This document shows, in pieces, positions 18,734 through 27,533 of a stretch of DNA of 64,000 nucleotides; position 1 is the first letter of the stretch, and every line of letters starts with the position of its first letter. The notes below the pieces were generated by a model, which saw only the letters and a list, made by a program, of their open reading frames with translations, was not told the origin of the DNA and did not search any database. This DNA is from an uncultured Bacilli bacterium (lineage in GTDB: Bacteria > Bacillota_I > Bacilli_A > RF39 > UBA660), in the NCBI GenBank assembly GCA_947628895.1, contig CANRBS010000001.1:5783-69782 (forward strand). Direction: 5' to 3'. The position numbers were made by a program, and so were the translations under genes.

Positions 18734-20473
18734 CTAATTTTTAAGAACAATCCTAGAAGTGATGCTATAATATACATCACCGGTACTTCTAGCAAAACGA
18801 AATTGACCTGCTGTTACATTATCACTATGACCACCTCCACGATCAATCCAACTATATGAAGAATCAAGAAAGAATGAATAATCTTTATACCAAGCATTTT
18901 TATAACTTCCATCACTCCAAAATGGTCCCATTTCTCCTGTTGCATCTCCAAGGATCCTATATTTATATGTTAGTTTATCACTTGATGATGAATATTTATC
19001 TAAATATTTTGTATATGTTTCATTTGATACTATATTTTTCATTCCACTAACATTTAAATCACTACCATCTCTATATGAAGCCATATATTCCCAAGATCCG
19101 CCACTCATATCATATACTCCAGTTATATTTCCTGTAGTACTTGCTAATTTTCCAGTATCTGTATTCCATAATGCATTTTCTGTTGTACTAGTAATTGCAT
19201 CTTTAGTATTAGCTGCATATCCTGTTAAAAAATTACTATTGTTATTAATTCTTACTTCATCTTTTATTCCATATTTAGAGTGTGAAAGATATGCAACTGC
19301 TCCCCACTCTGTATTTTTCATCATATGACTATCTAAGCTTCTATTAAAATTGTAAGCATTCATAAATAAATTATATACTGTTGCACCTCTCCATGAATAT
19401 ACATTAGGTTTTATTATTATATTATTAGGTTTTTCTTCATCTACTTCTGAATTTTCTTTTATCCAAGTAGATATATTTTCATCAGTTATTGGTTGTGTTG
19501 TATCACTATTTTGATTATATCCTGTTTCAAATTTTCCTACCCAAAATCCATTTGATGGTATTGATAAAAATGCTGGATGTGTCATTAAATCTCCTACTTT
19601 GCAATCTTTTGTAGCCACACTTGCTCTTGATGAACCACTTTCCATTGGTGTTATACATTCACCACTTACTTCACTTGTTGTTCTTGTTCCAAATTCTATC
19701 TCTATTTCTTTTATTTGACTTTCTGGTTGACTACTTTCTAAGCCTTCATAGTTTCCAATATTGAATATTCTATAACTATATTTTGGTATCCATACAAAAT
19801 ATGCCCTTATATCACTTTCTAATATTGTATCTCCTTCTTTATATTCTTTACTTGGAGTGTCTACTAGTATTACTGCATTTGCCCATTTCTTTGATGTATA
19901 TTTATACCATTCATCATACTCATCCGCATATGTTACTACACCTGTATCTGATAACATTATTGGTATCATTTTATCTCCTAGTACTGGGTCAGCTCCATTT
20001 AATTCACTTTCTACATATTTTGTTTTTGGTTTTTCTCCATCAATCAATTGATTTCCTTTACAATCAGTTATACTTGTCTTGGCTTCTTCTACTTTATACT
20101 TTTTACCTATGTCTTCTCTTTGTATTCCACTTGATGAAGAAGCTATTAATTCATTTGCTTCATCTCTTGCGGATATTTCTACTATCTTCCCTTTATCATT
20201 AAATTTTACTACATATAATATGTTACTTCTTCCATCTAAATTTAATACATTTGTACTACTATCAAAACATCTTATTTCTTTATTTCCAATTGAAGAAGAT
20301 ACATATTTATCTTCAGCACTTCTTATTATATTTTGTACTTCACGGGTAAATGTATTTACTTTTGCATCTCTAAACATTTTAAGTACATTTGGAAGTGCTA
20401 TAATAACTAAAATTGCTAAAATTGCTATTACTGCTAGTAACTCTACTAATGTAAATCCTTTTTTATCTTTCAT
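18734..20473 (-). CDS. modular type IV pilin: prepilin N-terminal domain fused to an FGE/SUMF1-like (C-type-lectin-fold) C-terminal domain
   Basis: The leader is MKDKKG|FTLVELLAVIAILAILVIIALPNV. A D-region disulfide (C...C) is present. The C-terminus reads ...EWGAVAYL...GVYDMSGGSWEY, resembling the FGE motif G.YDMSGNVWEW. The protein is about 80% identical to 58074..59807. Confidence 0.7.
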   Translation of the reverse strand: MKDKKGFTLVELLAVIAILAILVIIALPNVLKMFRDAKVNTFTREVQNIIRSAEDKYVSSSIGNKEIRCFDSSTNVLNLDGRSNILYVVKFNDKGKIVEISARDEANELIASSSSGIQREDIGKKYKVEEAKTSITDCKGNQLIDGEKPKTKYVESELNGADPVLGDKMIPIMLSDTGVVTYADEYDEWYKYTSKKWANAVILVDTPSKEYKEGDTILESDIRAYFVWIPKYSYRIFNIGNYEGLESSQPESQIKEIEIEFGTRTTSEVSGECITPMESGSSRASVATKDCKVGDLMTHPAFLSIPSNGFWVGKFETGYNQNSDTTQPITDENISTWIKENSEVDEEKPNNIIIKPNVYSWRGATVYNLFMNAYNFNRSLDSHMMKNTEWGAVAYLSHSKYGIKDEVRINNNSNFLTGYAANTKDAITSTTENALWNTDTGKLASTTGNITGVYDMSGGSWEYMASYRDGSDLNVSGMKNIVSNETYTKYLDKYSSSSDKLTYKYRILGDATGEMGPFWSDGSYKNAWYKDYSFFLDSSYSWIDRGGGHSDNVTAGQFRFARSTGDVYYSITSRIVLKN

Positions 20474-20505
20474 TTTTGTTACCTCTTCTCTATTTTTACC
20501 CCCTT

Positions 20506-20534
20506 ATTATATCGTATATATATATATATATCAA
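20506..20534 (-). promoter_or_regulatory. sigma-A-type promoter of the pilin-FGE gene with a (TA)8-containing 17-nt spacer
   Basis: On the sense strand the promoter reads TTGATA-(TA)n CGA-TATAAT. It is followed by a conserved leader AATAGAGAAGAGGTAACAAAAATG with a GAGG RBS. Confidence 0.5.
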
Positions 20535-20582
20535 GAGGCACCTTACTAATTTTACAAACTATTATTGCTTTTAGTTATATAA

Positions 20583-20613
20583 ATTAAAAAAAGATTACTA
20601 CACTTGTAATCTT
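20583..20613 (-). terminator. Rho-independent terminator of the XRE regulator gene
   Basis: The hairpin AAGATTAC-N7-GTAATCTT is followed by a U-run on the minus strand. It overlaps the stop codon. Confidence 0.6.
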
Positions 20614-21292
20614 AATTTTGATTTATATCAATTGGAATTTTATATGATATTGTTTTTAAATTATCGCTCTTTAAACTTATTTCTAAATACATTTTAGTGT
20701 TTACAAATAATGAATTTTCATTATTATAATTATCTAATTTTAATTTTAAATTTTTTAAATAATTATTAAGTGTTTTATTATTACCTTTTTCACATTCACC
20801 TAATTTTATTTTTTTGCCATTAACTTCACCATATAATATACAATCTAAATTTTTATATATTGTATTATCATCTTTACCATTATATTTAACTTCAGTTATT
20901 ATTAATGATGCTTTTCTTTCACTCCTTGCAACACTTCCTACTATTTTAAAATCATTATTACTAGATTTTATTTCATTTAATGAAAATATTAAATTTTTAT
21001 TTTTAACCATTATAAAACTCATTATTAAAAAAGCAAATACTATTAATGTTACATTTAATATAGTTAACATATCAATTTTAACATTCTTTTTTGCATTAAT
21101 AATTTCATCAATATCAACATTAAATTTATTACTTATTTCTTTTAAGATTAACATATCAGGTAAATTTTTACCATTTTCCCATTTACTAACAGCTTGAAAT
21201 GTAACACCTAATATATCTGCAAATTCTCGTTGTGATAAATTATTTTTAAGTCTTATATTTTTTATAAATTTACCTATTTTCTCTTGATTCAT
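20612..21292 (-). CDS. membrane-anchored XRE-family HTH transcriptional regulator with an extracytoplasmic C-terminal domain
   Basis: The N-terminal HTH_3 domain reads LSQREFADILGVTFQAVSKWENG. One TM helix follows (LTILNVTLIVFAFLIMSFIMV), then a 130-aa outside domain. Confidence 0.7.
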   Translation of the reverse strand: MNQEKIGKFIKNIRLKNNLSQREFADILGVTFQAVSKWENGKNLPDMLILKEISNKFNVDIDEIINAKKNVKIDMLTILNVTLIVFAFLIMSFIMVKNKNLIFSLNEIKSSNNDFKIVGSVARSERKASLIITEVKYNGKDDNTIYKNLDCILYGEVNGKKIKLGECEKGNNKTLNNYLKNLKLKLDNYNNENSLFVNTKMYLEISLKSDNLKTISYKIPIDINQN

Positions 21293-21367
21293 AAATTCTT
21301 TTTCCTTTTTCTATATTATACAATAAATTAATATTTTTTAACATATAAAAAGTAGATAAAATAAAAT

Positions 21368-21856
21368 CTACTTATCAATTGTACCAAATTTATCAAATGG
21401 CCATATTCTAAATTTAACTTTTCCAACAAAGTCTTCTTTTTTAAAATTACCGATCATTCTACTATCTTTAGAAAGTGGTCTATTATCACCAAGCACAAAA
21501 TATTCATTACTACCAGTAGTAGCTTTAAAATCTTCAGTATCTCTAAATTTTATATTAGATGAAACTATTTCTCCATTAATATATAAAACATTATCTTTAT
21601 ATTCAATTGTTTCATTTGGAAGACCAATTACTCTTTTAATAATTTTATCTTTTTCTGTTTTTAAAACTACTATATCAAATCTTTTAATATCATCAATTTT
21701 ATATGCTAATTTATTTATAAATACTACTTGTCCATCAGCAAGAGTACTATCCATACTACCACCATCAACAATAGCTGGTGTCACAATAAATGAACGAATA
21801 AGTACAACAACTAATATAATAAATACATAATCTTTAATAGCATGCCAAAATCTCAT
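21368..21856 (-). CDS. lepB: signal peptidase I (SipS/LepB type)
   Basis: An N-terminal TM helix is present. The catalytic Ser lies in GGSMDSTL and the catalytic Lys in KRVIGLP. The GDNRPLSKDSR box is present. Confidence 0.85.
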   Translation of the reverse strand: MRFWHAIKDYVFIILVVVLIRSFIVTPAIVDGGSMDSTLADGQVVFINKLAYKIDDIKRFDIVVLKTEKDKIIKRVIGLPNETIEYKDNVLYINGEIVSSNIKFRDTEDFKATTGSNEYFVLGDNRPLSKDSRMIGNFKKEDFVGKVKFRIWPFDKFGTIDK

Positions 21857-21901
21857 ATTATCACCCTTTCTATTTTTTAATAAAAAATTAGGCTTTAAAA
21901 C

Positions 21902-22240
21902 CTAATTTCTTTCTTTTAATTTGAATGTTCCTGTTAAATCTTTTAAGAAGTTAAGTTTAGCTCTTCTAGCTTTTCCTTTTTTAACAACTGTAATTTTATC
22001 AATTAAAGGACTATTAACTGGAAAAACTCTATTAATTCCTACATTTCCACTTTTCTTTCTAACTGTAAAAGTTTCACTAACACTTCCACCTTTACGAGCA
22101 GTTACAATTCCTTCAAAAGCTTGAATTCTCTCTCTCTTTCCTTCTTTAATTTTTACATCAACTCTAACTGTATCTCCAACTTGAAATTCTGGAACATTAG
22201 GATTAATGTGTTTCTTATTGATCTTATCAATCAAATTCAT
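21902..22240 (-). CDS. rplS: 50S ribosomal protein L19
   Basis: The sequence PEFQVGDTVRVDVKIKEGKRERIQAFEGIV...VRRAKL is characteristic of L19. Confidence 0.9.
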   Translation of the reverse strand: MNLIDKINKKHINPNVPEFQVGDTVRVDVKIKEGKRERIQAFEGIVTARKGGSVSETFTVRKKSGNVGINRVFPVNSPLIDKITVVKKGKARRAKLNFLKDLTGTFKLKERN

Positions 22241-22416
22241 CGTATATTCCTCCTTTTGCTTTATTCAATCATACATAATATGCAGCGGATTTGAGCAATA
22301 TGATAATATCATAAAATATTTAATTTATCAAGTGTTTTATTGAAATTTCATATATTTATTAATTGACATATAAAGACATAAATGTTATAATACAAAGCCA
22401 TGTTTTAGGAGGGGTT

Positions 22417-23649
22417 ATGAAAAAAAGAATTCTTGATTCAAGAGAAATTAGAGAAATTTTAAATATTGATGCTTCAGATAAATCTGATGAAGAAAAAGCA
22501 AAATTATTAAATGATTTATGTAATATAAATGATATAGAAAATACTATTGAATATAATAAATTTAAAAAAATTGAAGGTAAAAATACAATAAAAGCATATG
22601 AAATATATAAATCATTTGTTGATAAAGGTTTATTATTTAAATATGAAGCAAAATATAATTGTGATTTTAATGAAATGAAAAAAAGATTAGATAAATTAAT
22701 TATTATAAATGATGCTTTATTAGATGAAACTAAAAGTGATTATCAAAAAGCATATGTATTTTTATCTTGTTATAATAATATAAGATCATTTAAAGAATCT
22801 TACGGATTATTTATTAATAGAGGATTATTATATTGTAAAACTCCTGATGAAAGATTGAATTATGCTAGTGATGTTTTATTAAATTTTAAAAATATTTTAA
22901 ATTCTATTATTAGTTTAGATGAAAGAGGAATTATTAAAGCTGTAAAATATGTTATAAAATGTGAAAATTATAATAAATATTATAACTATGCTAAATTTGT
23001 TATAGAAAGTTATATTAATTCTAATACTAGTCATAAGAAAAAAGAATTTTTAAATAGTTTAGGAATTAATGAAGACATACTTAATTATTGTATTAAAATA
23101 ATAGAAGAATTAGATTTAGACTTGTATAATAAATATTTAGCTAAAAAAGAAGAAAATTATAAAAAAACAATTCTTAGAAATGAAAAAATATTACTTAATT
23201 TAGAAGAAGGAATTGAAACTGGATATATGCCTAATGGTGAAAAGTTTGATATATTATTATTTATTAAAAAAGTACCATTTAAAAATCATCCATATTTTTA
23301 TGATCATATGAAAAAATTTATTCTTCGTTTTATACCTAGTTGTTATAGTACAATTATTAATTATATTTATCAAAATAAATTACAAGATTTAAATCATATT
23401 GAATTAATAGATGAAAATGAGTTATATAATACAAAAGAAATAGTAAGAAATCATGTAATGACTAGAGAAGAAAAAGAAATAATAATTAATTATTTAAAAT
23501 TAAGAAGAATACCAATTATTCCAAAAACTTATACAATAGCAAGAAATATGTATTTTAATAATGAATTAGATTATTCAAATATTAATAGTGATACTATTAA
23601 AGAAAAAAAAGAATTAAATTTTACTTTAATTCCAACAATAAAACAATAA
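22417..23649 (+). CDS. hypothetical cytoplasmic protein
   Basis: The ORF encodes 410 aa from the ATG that follows a GGAGGGG RBS. No motif is recognisable. Confidence 0.5.
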   Translation: MKKRILDSREIREILNIDASDKSDEEKAKLLNDLCNINDIENTIEYNKFKKIEGKNTIKAYEIYKSFVDKGLLFKYEAKYNCDFNEMKKRLDKLIIINDALLDETKSDYQKAYVFLSCYNNIRSFKESYGLFINRGLLYCKTPDERLNYASDVLLNFKNILNSIISLDERGIIKAVKYVIKCENYNKYYNYAKFVIESYINSNTSHKKKEFLNSLGINEDILNYCIKIIEELDLDLYNKYLAKKEENYKKTILRNEKILLNLEEGIETGYMPNGEKFDILLFIKKVPFKNHPYFYDHMKKFILRFIPSCYSTIINYIYQNKLQDLNHIELIDENELYNTKEIVRNHVMTREEKEIIINYLKLRRIPIIPKTYTIARNMYFNNELDYSNINSDTIKEKKELNFTLIPTIKQ

Positions 23650-23672
23650 AAAGACTTTATGTCTTTTTTTAT
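23649..23672. terminator. bidirectional terminator hairpin
   Basis: The hairpin AAAAGAC-TTTAT-GTCTTTT is followed by a T-run. It lies between convergent genes. Confidence 0.5.
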
Positions 23673-24895
23673 TGTTTTTGTAATTCTCTATTTCTCTTTT
23701 CACGATTATTTTCTATATTAATTCTTTGTACTACTGCAAATGAACAAATAACTGTTATGCAAAAACTACCACCATAACTTAAGAATGGAAGTGGAACTCC
23801 AGTTAATGGAATAATTCCAAGAACTCCACCTAAATTAACAAATATATGTAACATAAAGTATATTCCAATTCCATAACAAATAATTGAATTTTGAAGTGAA
23901 TATGAATTTACTGCTACTTTAAAGACTAAAAATATAAGTACCATATATCCAATTATTATAAGTACTCCAGTAATTACACCAAGTTCTTCTACTACTATTG
24001 GGAAGATAAAATCTGTGTGGCTTGCTGGTAAATATAAATATTTTTGTACTGACTCTCCTATTCCACTTCCAAATATTCCACCATTATCCATTGCTATATA
24101 TCCATTACAAACTTGATAACCAGAGATTTCCTCATATCTATCACATGGATTTTTATAAATAAATCTATTTAATCTATAATCACTTGTTAATATACTTTCT
24201 GGTATTATTAAATATGCAAATTTTAATACAACGACTGCTAAAACTAAAAGAGTACAAGCTATTATTTTAAGTTTATTAAATAATTTATCTTTAGTAGGTA
24301 CACACATAAATACAAGAGCATATAAAGCAGCCATTATAGCAGCACTACCAAAGTCTCCTCCTAAAAATATAAGTCCAGCAGAGACAACACATAAAATAAT
24401 TGGTACAAAGAAAGAGTACTTTATATGTACTTTACTATTAGCCCAACTACCATAGAATGCCCCCATATACATAATTAAAAATACTTTTAAAAACTCTGCA
24501 GGTTGAAATCTTCCACCAAATAAAGATAATGTAACTTCATTTACATCACTACTAAAAAGTGAATTTTTTAAGTATACTATTAATAAAGCTCCCATAAATA
24601 CAAGAGATAATACTAGTGATAGACCTTTATAATATTTAGTTGGAAATTTAATTACAAAAATTGATGCAAAAAGTGCTATTGCTATAAATAAAAGTTGTCT
24701 TTCAAAAAAATAATATGCATCTTCTCCATAAGTTAATACTGCTGATATACTAGATGCATCTAATATTAAAAAAGCCCCGCCAATAGCAAAAATCAAAGTC
24801 AATAATAAAATTGGCTTATTTAAATCTTTTAATAAACTAACTTTTCTCTTTTTACTATTTTTCATACTATATAAATTATATAAAAAATAAATCAA
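23669..24895 (-). CDS. SEDS-family peptidoglycan glycosyltransferase (FtsW/RodA)
   Basis: The protein has 10 TM helices. The C-terminal blocks read ...LPASHTDFIFPIVVEELG... and PLTGVPLPFLSYGGS. Confidence 0.85.
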   Translation of the reverse strand: MIYFLYNLYSMKNSKKRKVSLLKDLNKPILLLTLIFAIGGAFLILDASSISAVLTYGEDAYYFFERQLLFIAIALFASIFVIKFPTKYYKGLSLVLSLVFMGALLIVYLKNSLFSSDVNEVTLSLFGGRFQPAEFLKVFLIMYMGAFYGSWANSKVHIKYSFFVPIILCVVSAGLIFLGGDFGSAAIMAALYALVFMCVPTKDKLFNKLKIIACTLLVLAVVVLKFAYLIIPESILTSDYRLNRFIYKNPCDRYEEISGYQVCNGYIAMDNGGIFGSGIGESVQKYLYLPASHTDFIFPIVVEELGVITGVLIIIGYMVLIFLVFKVAVNSYSLQNSIICYGIGIYFMLHIFVNLGGVLGIIPLTGVPLPFLSYGGSFCITVICSFAVVQRINIENNREKRNRELQKQ

Positions 24896-24983
24896 AATGT
24901 AAATTATTTATGTTTTTGTTGTGTCAATAAAACACCTTATTCCATAAAATAATATAGATAAAATTATAAGGAGGTAATATATT

Positions 24984-25199
24984 ATGTATTATTATGGATA
25001 TAATGGTGGATATGCTGGTGGAAATAGTATGTACTATAATACTTATCCAGGTTATAATAATGGTGGATATGGTTATGGTGCTGCATTTGTATTAGTATTA
25101 TTCATTTTATTAGTTATAATATTTGGTGTAGGATTTGTAAATAATGGTAATGGATTTGGTAATGGTAACAATGGTTGTGGCTGTGGCTGTAATAACTAA
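24984..25199 (+). CDS. YjcZ-like small Gly/Tyr/Asn-rich membrane protein
   Basis: Gly-, Tyr- and Asn-rich ends flank one TM helix (AAFVLVLFILLVIIFGVGF). The tail ends in CGCGCNN. A strong RBS (TAAGGAGGT) precedes it. Confidence 0.55.
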   Translation: MYYYGYNGGYAGGNSMYYNTYPGYNNGGYGYGAAFVLVLFILLVIIFGVGFVNNGNGFGNGNNGCGCGCNN

Positions 25200-25210
25200 T
25201 AAATAAAAAG

Positions 25211-25242
25211 AAAATAGAAGTCAAAACTTCTATTTTTATTTT
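25211..25242. terminator. bidirectional Rho-independent terminator
   Basis: An 11-bp stem (AAAATAGAAGT-CAAA-ACTTCTATTTT) is followed by T-runs. Confidence 0.7.
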
Positions 25243-25718
25243 AATTTTTTATATAAAACATGTTTATATTTAATACCATCATCTTCATTTTCTTTTAATA
25301 CAATTTTTTCATAATTATTTTTATCAAACTCTGGAAAATAAACACTAGCGGTTGAACATTCTGCATCTATTTCTGTTAAATAAAGATTATCTGCTATATC
25401 TATAAATAATTTATATATGCTTCCTCCTCCAATTACAAATAATTCTTCATTAGAATCTTTATAATCTTCAAGTAATTCTTCTAAATTATTATATACTTTT
25501 ACTTCACTATTAAAGTTATTACTACTTGATATTACAACATGTTTTCTATTTGGTAACATTTTAGGAAGAGAATAAAATGTTTTTCTTCCCATAATTATTG
25601 TTTTACCATTTGTAACTTCTCTAAAAAATTTTAAATCATTAGGAAGTCTCCATATTAAATTATTATCTTTTCCAAGTTCTCTATTTTTTCCAATTGCTGC
25701 AATTATTGAATAACTCAT
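25236..25718 (-). CDS. folA: dihydrofolate reductase
   Basis: The N-terminus IIAAIGKNRELGKDNNLIWRLPNDLKFFREVT..GKTIIMGRKT matches DHFR. Confidence 0.9.
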   Translation of the reverse strand: MSYSIIAAIGKNRELGKDNNLIWRLPNDLKFFREVTNGKTIIMGRKTFYSLPKMLPNRKHVVISSSNNFNSEVKVYNNLEELLEDYKDSNEELFVIGGGSIYKLFIDIADNLYLTEIDAECSTASVYFPEFDKNNYEKIVLKENEDDGIKYKHVLYKKLK

Positions 25719-25725
25719 ATTTCAC

Positions 25726-26628
25726 CTATTGACTAATTGGAAAACTAATCTTACCATGATGTTGGTAATTTAATACTTTAACATCTTTTAAATCTTTGCT
25801 ATTATCAAAGTCATAAAAATCTTTTACTTCTGGATTTAACCATAATTCTGGTGCTGGTAAATCTTCTAATTCTTCACCTCTTCTAATTTGTTCTTTAATT
25901 CCTTCAATTTGATTTACATAAATATGAGCATCTTTAATAGACCAATTTAATGTTCCAGGTTTTAGATTGCAAACTTGAGCTAGCATATATAATAAAACTG
26001 AATACTGTGTTACATTAAATGGAAGTCCTAGTGGTACATCACAACTTCTTTGATGAACCCAAGCATTTAGGTGTCCATTTGTTACATCCCATTCACTTGA
26101 CCATACACAAGATGGTAAAACAGCTGTATCTAAATGAGCATTTTGCCATAAACTAATAATTGCTCTTCTATCAGTTGGATTATTTTTAAGTGTATCAATT
26201 AATTTATCCATTTGTTTATATTCTTTTACAATCCATCCATATGCAGTACCTATTGTATGAGCCCATTCTTTTCCAAAATCTTTTTCAATATTAGTTTTAA
26301 CTAAATGGCCTTTACCATCTGGCATCATTTGAGTAGCTCTCCATTTTCCATCTTCATCTATTTCCCATTCATCCCAAATATGAACATTTCTATCTTGTAA
26401 CCATCTTACATCATTACTTTGAACTTGATAAATCCATAACATTTCTAAAATAGCTTGTCTATAAAATAATTGTTTAGTTGTTAAGAATGGAAACTCTTCT
26501 TCTAAATTAAATTCAAAATGATATGAAGGTATTTTTATAGTATTAGTACCTGTTCTATTTTCTACTTCTTCTCCTTCTTCTAATATTTTTTTACATAATT
26601 TTAAATATTCTTTATCAAACTTTGACAT
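25726..26628 (-). CDS. thyA: thymidylate synthase (ThyA, long form)
   Basis: The conserved regions ...LPSCVWSSEW...HQRSCDVPLGLPFNVTQY... are present. The catalytic Cys is retained in a variant LPSCV box where LPPCH is the norm. Confidence 0.9.
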   Translation of the reverse strand: MSKFDKEYLKLCKKILEEGEEVENRTGTNTIKIPSYHFEFNLEEEFPFLTTKQLFYRQAILEMLWIYQVQSNDVRWLQDRNVHIWDEWEIDEDGKWRATQMMPDGKGHLVKTNIEKDFGKEWAHTIGTAYGWIVKEYKQMDKLIDTLKNNPTDRRAIISLWQNAHLDTAVLPSCVWSSEWDVTNGHLNAWVHQRSCDVPLGLPFNVTQYSVLLYMLAQVCNLKPGTLNWSIKDAHIYVNQIEGIKEQIRRGEELEDLPAPELWLNPEVKDFYDFDNSKDLKDVKVLNYQHHGKISFPISQ

Positions 26629-26641
26629 AATATTACCTCCT

Positions 26642-27382
26642 TTAAAATCGTGTCATTCTTTTAATATAAGAATTATCTATATAAGATTCATTTAATTTTG
26701 AATCTATATATTCATTAATTTCATTACTTATTTCATCAATTGATTTAATATCTTCAATAGTTTTAAATTCTTTATTTTTTAAACAATTAATTGAATACCA
26801 ATCATATTTTTTAGCAAGATATAAATAAGTACTTTCTGCATTTTTCATATGCTCATCATTACTTTCATTTCCATCAGATGCTCTATCTTTTCTTAAATAT
26901 TTAGTAGCTAATAGTGGCATATATAAAAATATAACAATATCTGGTTTTGGAAGTTCACATAAATCATATTCTACCGTATGAATAAAGTTTATTATTTTTT
27001 CTCTTTGCTCTTTTGTTTTTGCTTTTCCTGCTTGATGTCCCATATTTGAAGTTACATATCTATCAAATATAATTACATCATTTTTATATATTTCATCTTC
27101 TATATATTTAAGTAAATTATATCTCCTATCAGCTGCATAATATAAACAACTAACAAGAGGGTCCACATTAGCTGATGTTTCTTCAAAAACTGAAGGTGAA
27201 ATTTCACTTTTTCCTAAATACGAACCACCTACTATTTTACCGGTAGCAGACTCATAAATTGGAAAAGAATAACTTTTTACTTTTAAACCTTTTTTCTCAA
27301 GTTTTTCTTTTAATAATTTGCTTTGTGTTTCTTTTCCAGAACCATCAGTTCCTTCAATAACTATGATTTTTGCCCTATTCAT
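26642..27382 (-). CDS. tmk: thymidylate kinase-like (dTMP kinase) with a C-terminal extension
   Basis: The P-loop is IVIEGTDGSGKETQ. The FP.Y...TGK and YAADRR...DRYVTSNMGHQ blocks are present. The protein is 246 aa. Confidence 0.75.
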   Translation of the reverse strand: MNRAKIIVIEGTDGSGKETQSKLLKEKLEKKGLKVKSYSFPIYESATGKIVGGSYLGKSEISPSVFEETSANVDPLVSCLYYAADRRYNLLKYIEDEIYKNDVIIFDRYVTSNMGHQAGKAKTKEQREKIINFIHTVEYDLCELPKPDIVIFLYMPLLATKYLRKDRASDGNESNDEHMKNAESTYLYLAKKYDWYSINCLKNKEFKTIEDIKSIDEISNEINEYIDSKLNESYIDNSYIKRMTRF

Positions 27383-27533
27383 TTTACCTCCAAAAAAAAT
27401 TAACATGAGGAAAAAACATGTTAATATAGTAAGTCATTAACATTAATATTACCTCTACTACAAATTATAACATAATGTTTTTCAAATTCAATAAAAATTA
27501 TATTTTTTTTACATTTTTCATGATAAAATATAA

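Noticed and set aside
21368-21856. The signal peptidase I was considered as the SipW partner for the TasA-like proteins.
   Set aside because: It has the bacterial P-type boxes (GDNR...SKDSR, Ser/Lys dyad). These belong to SipS/LepB, not to the ER or archaeal-type SipW.
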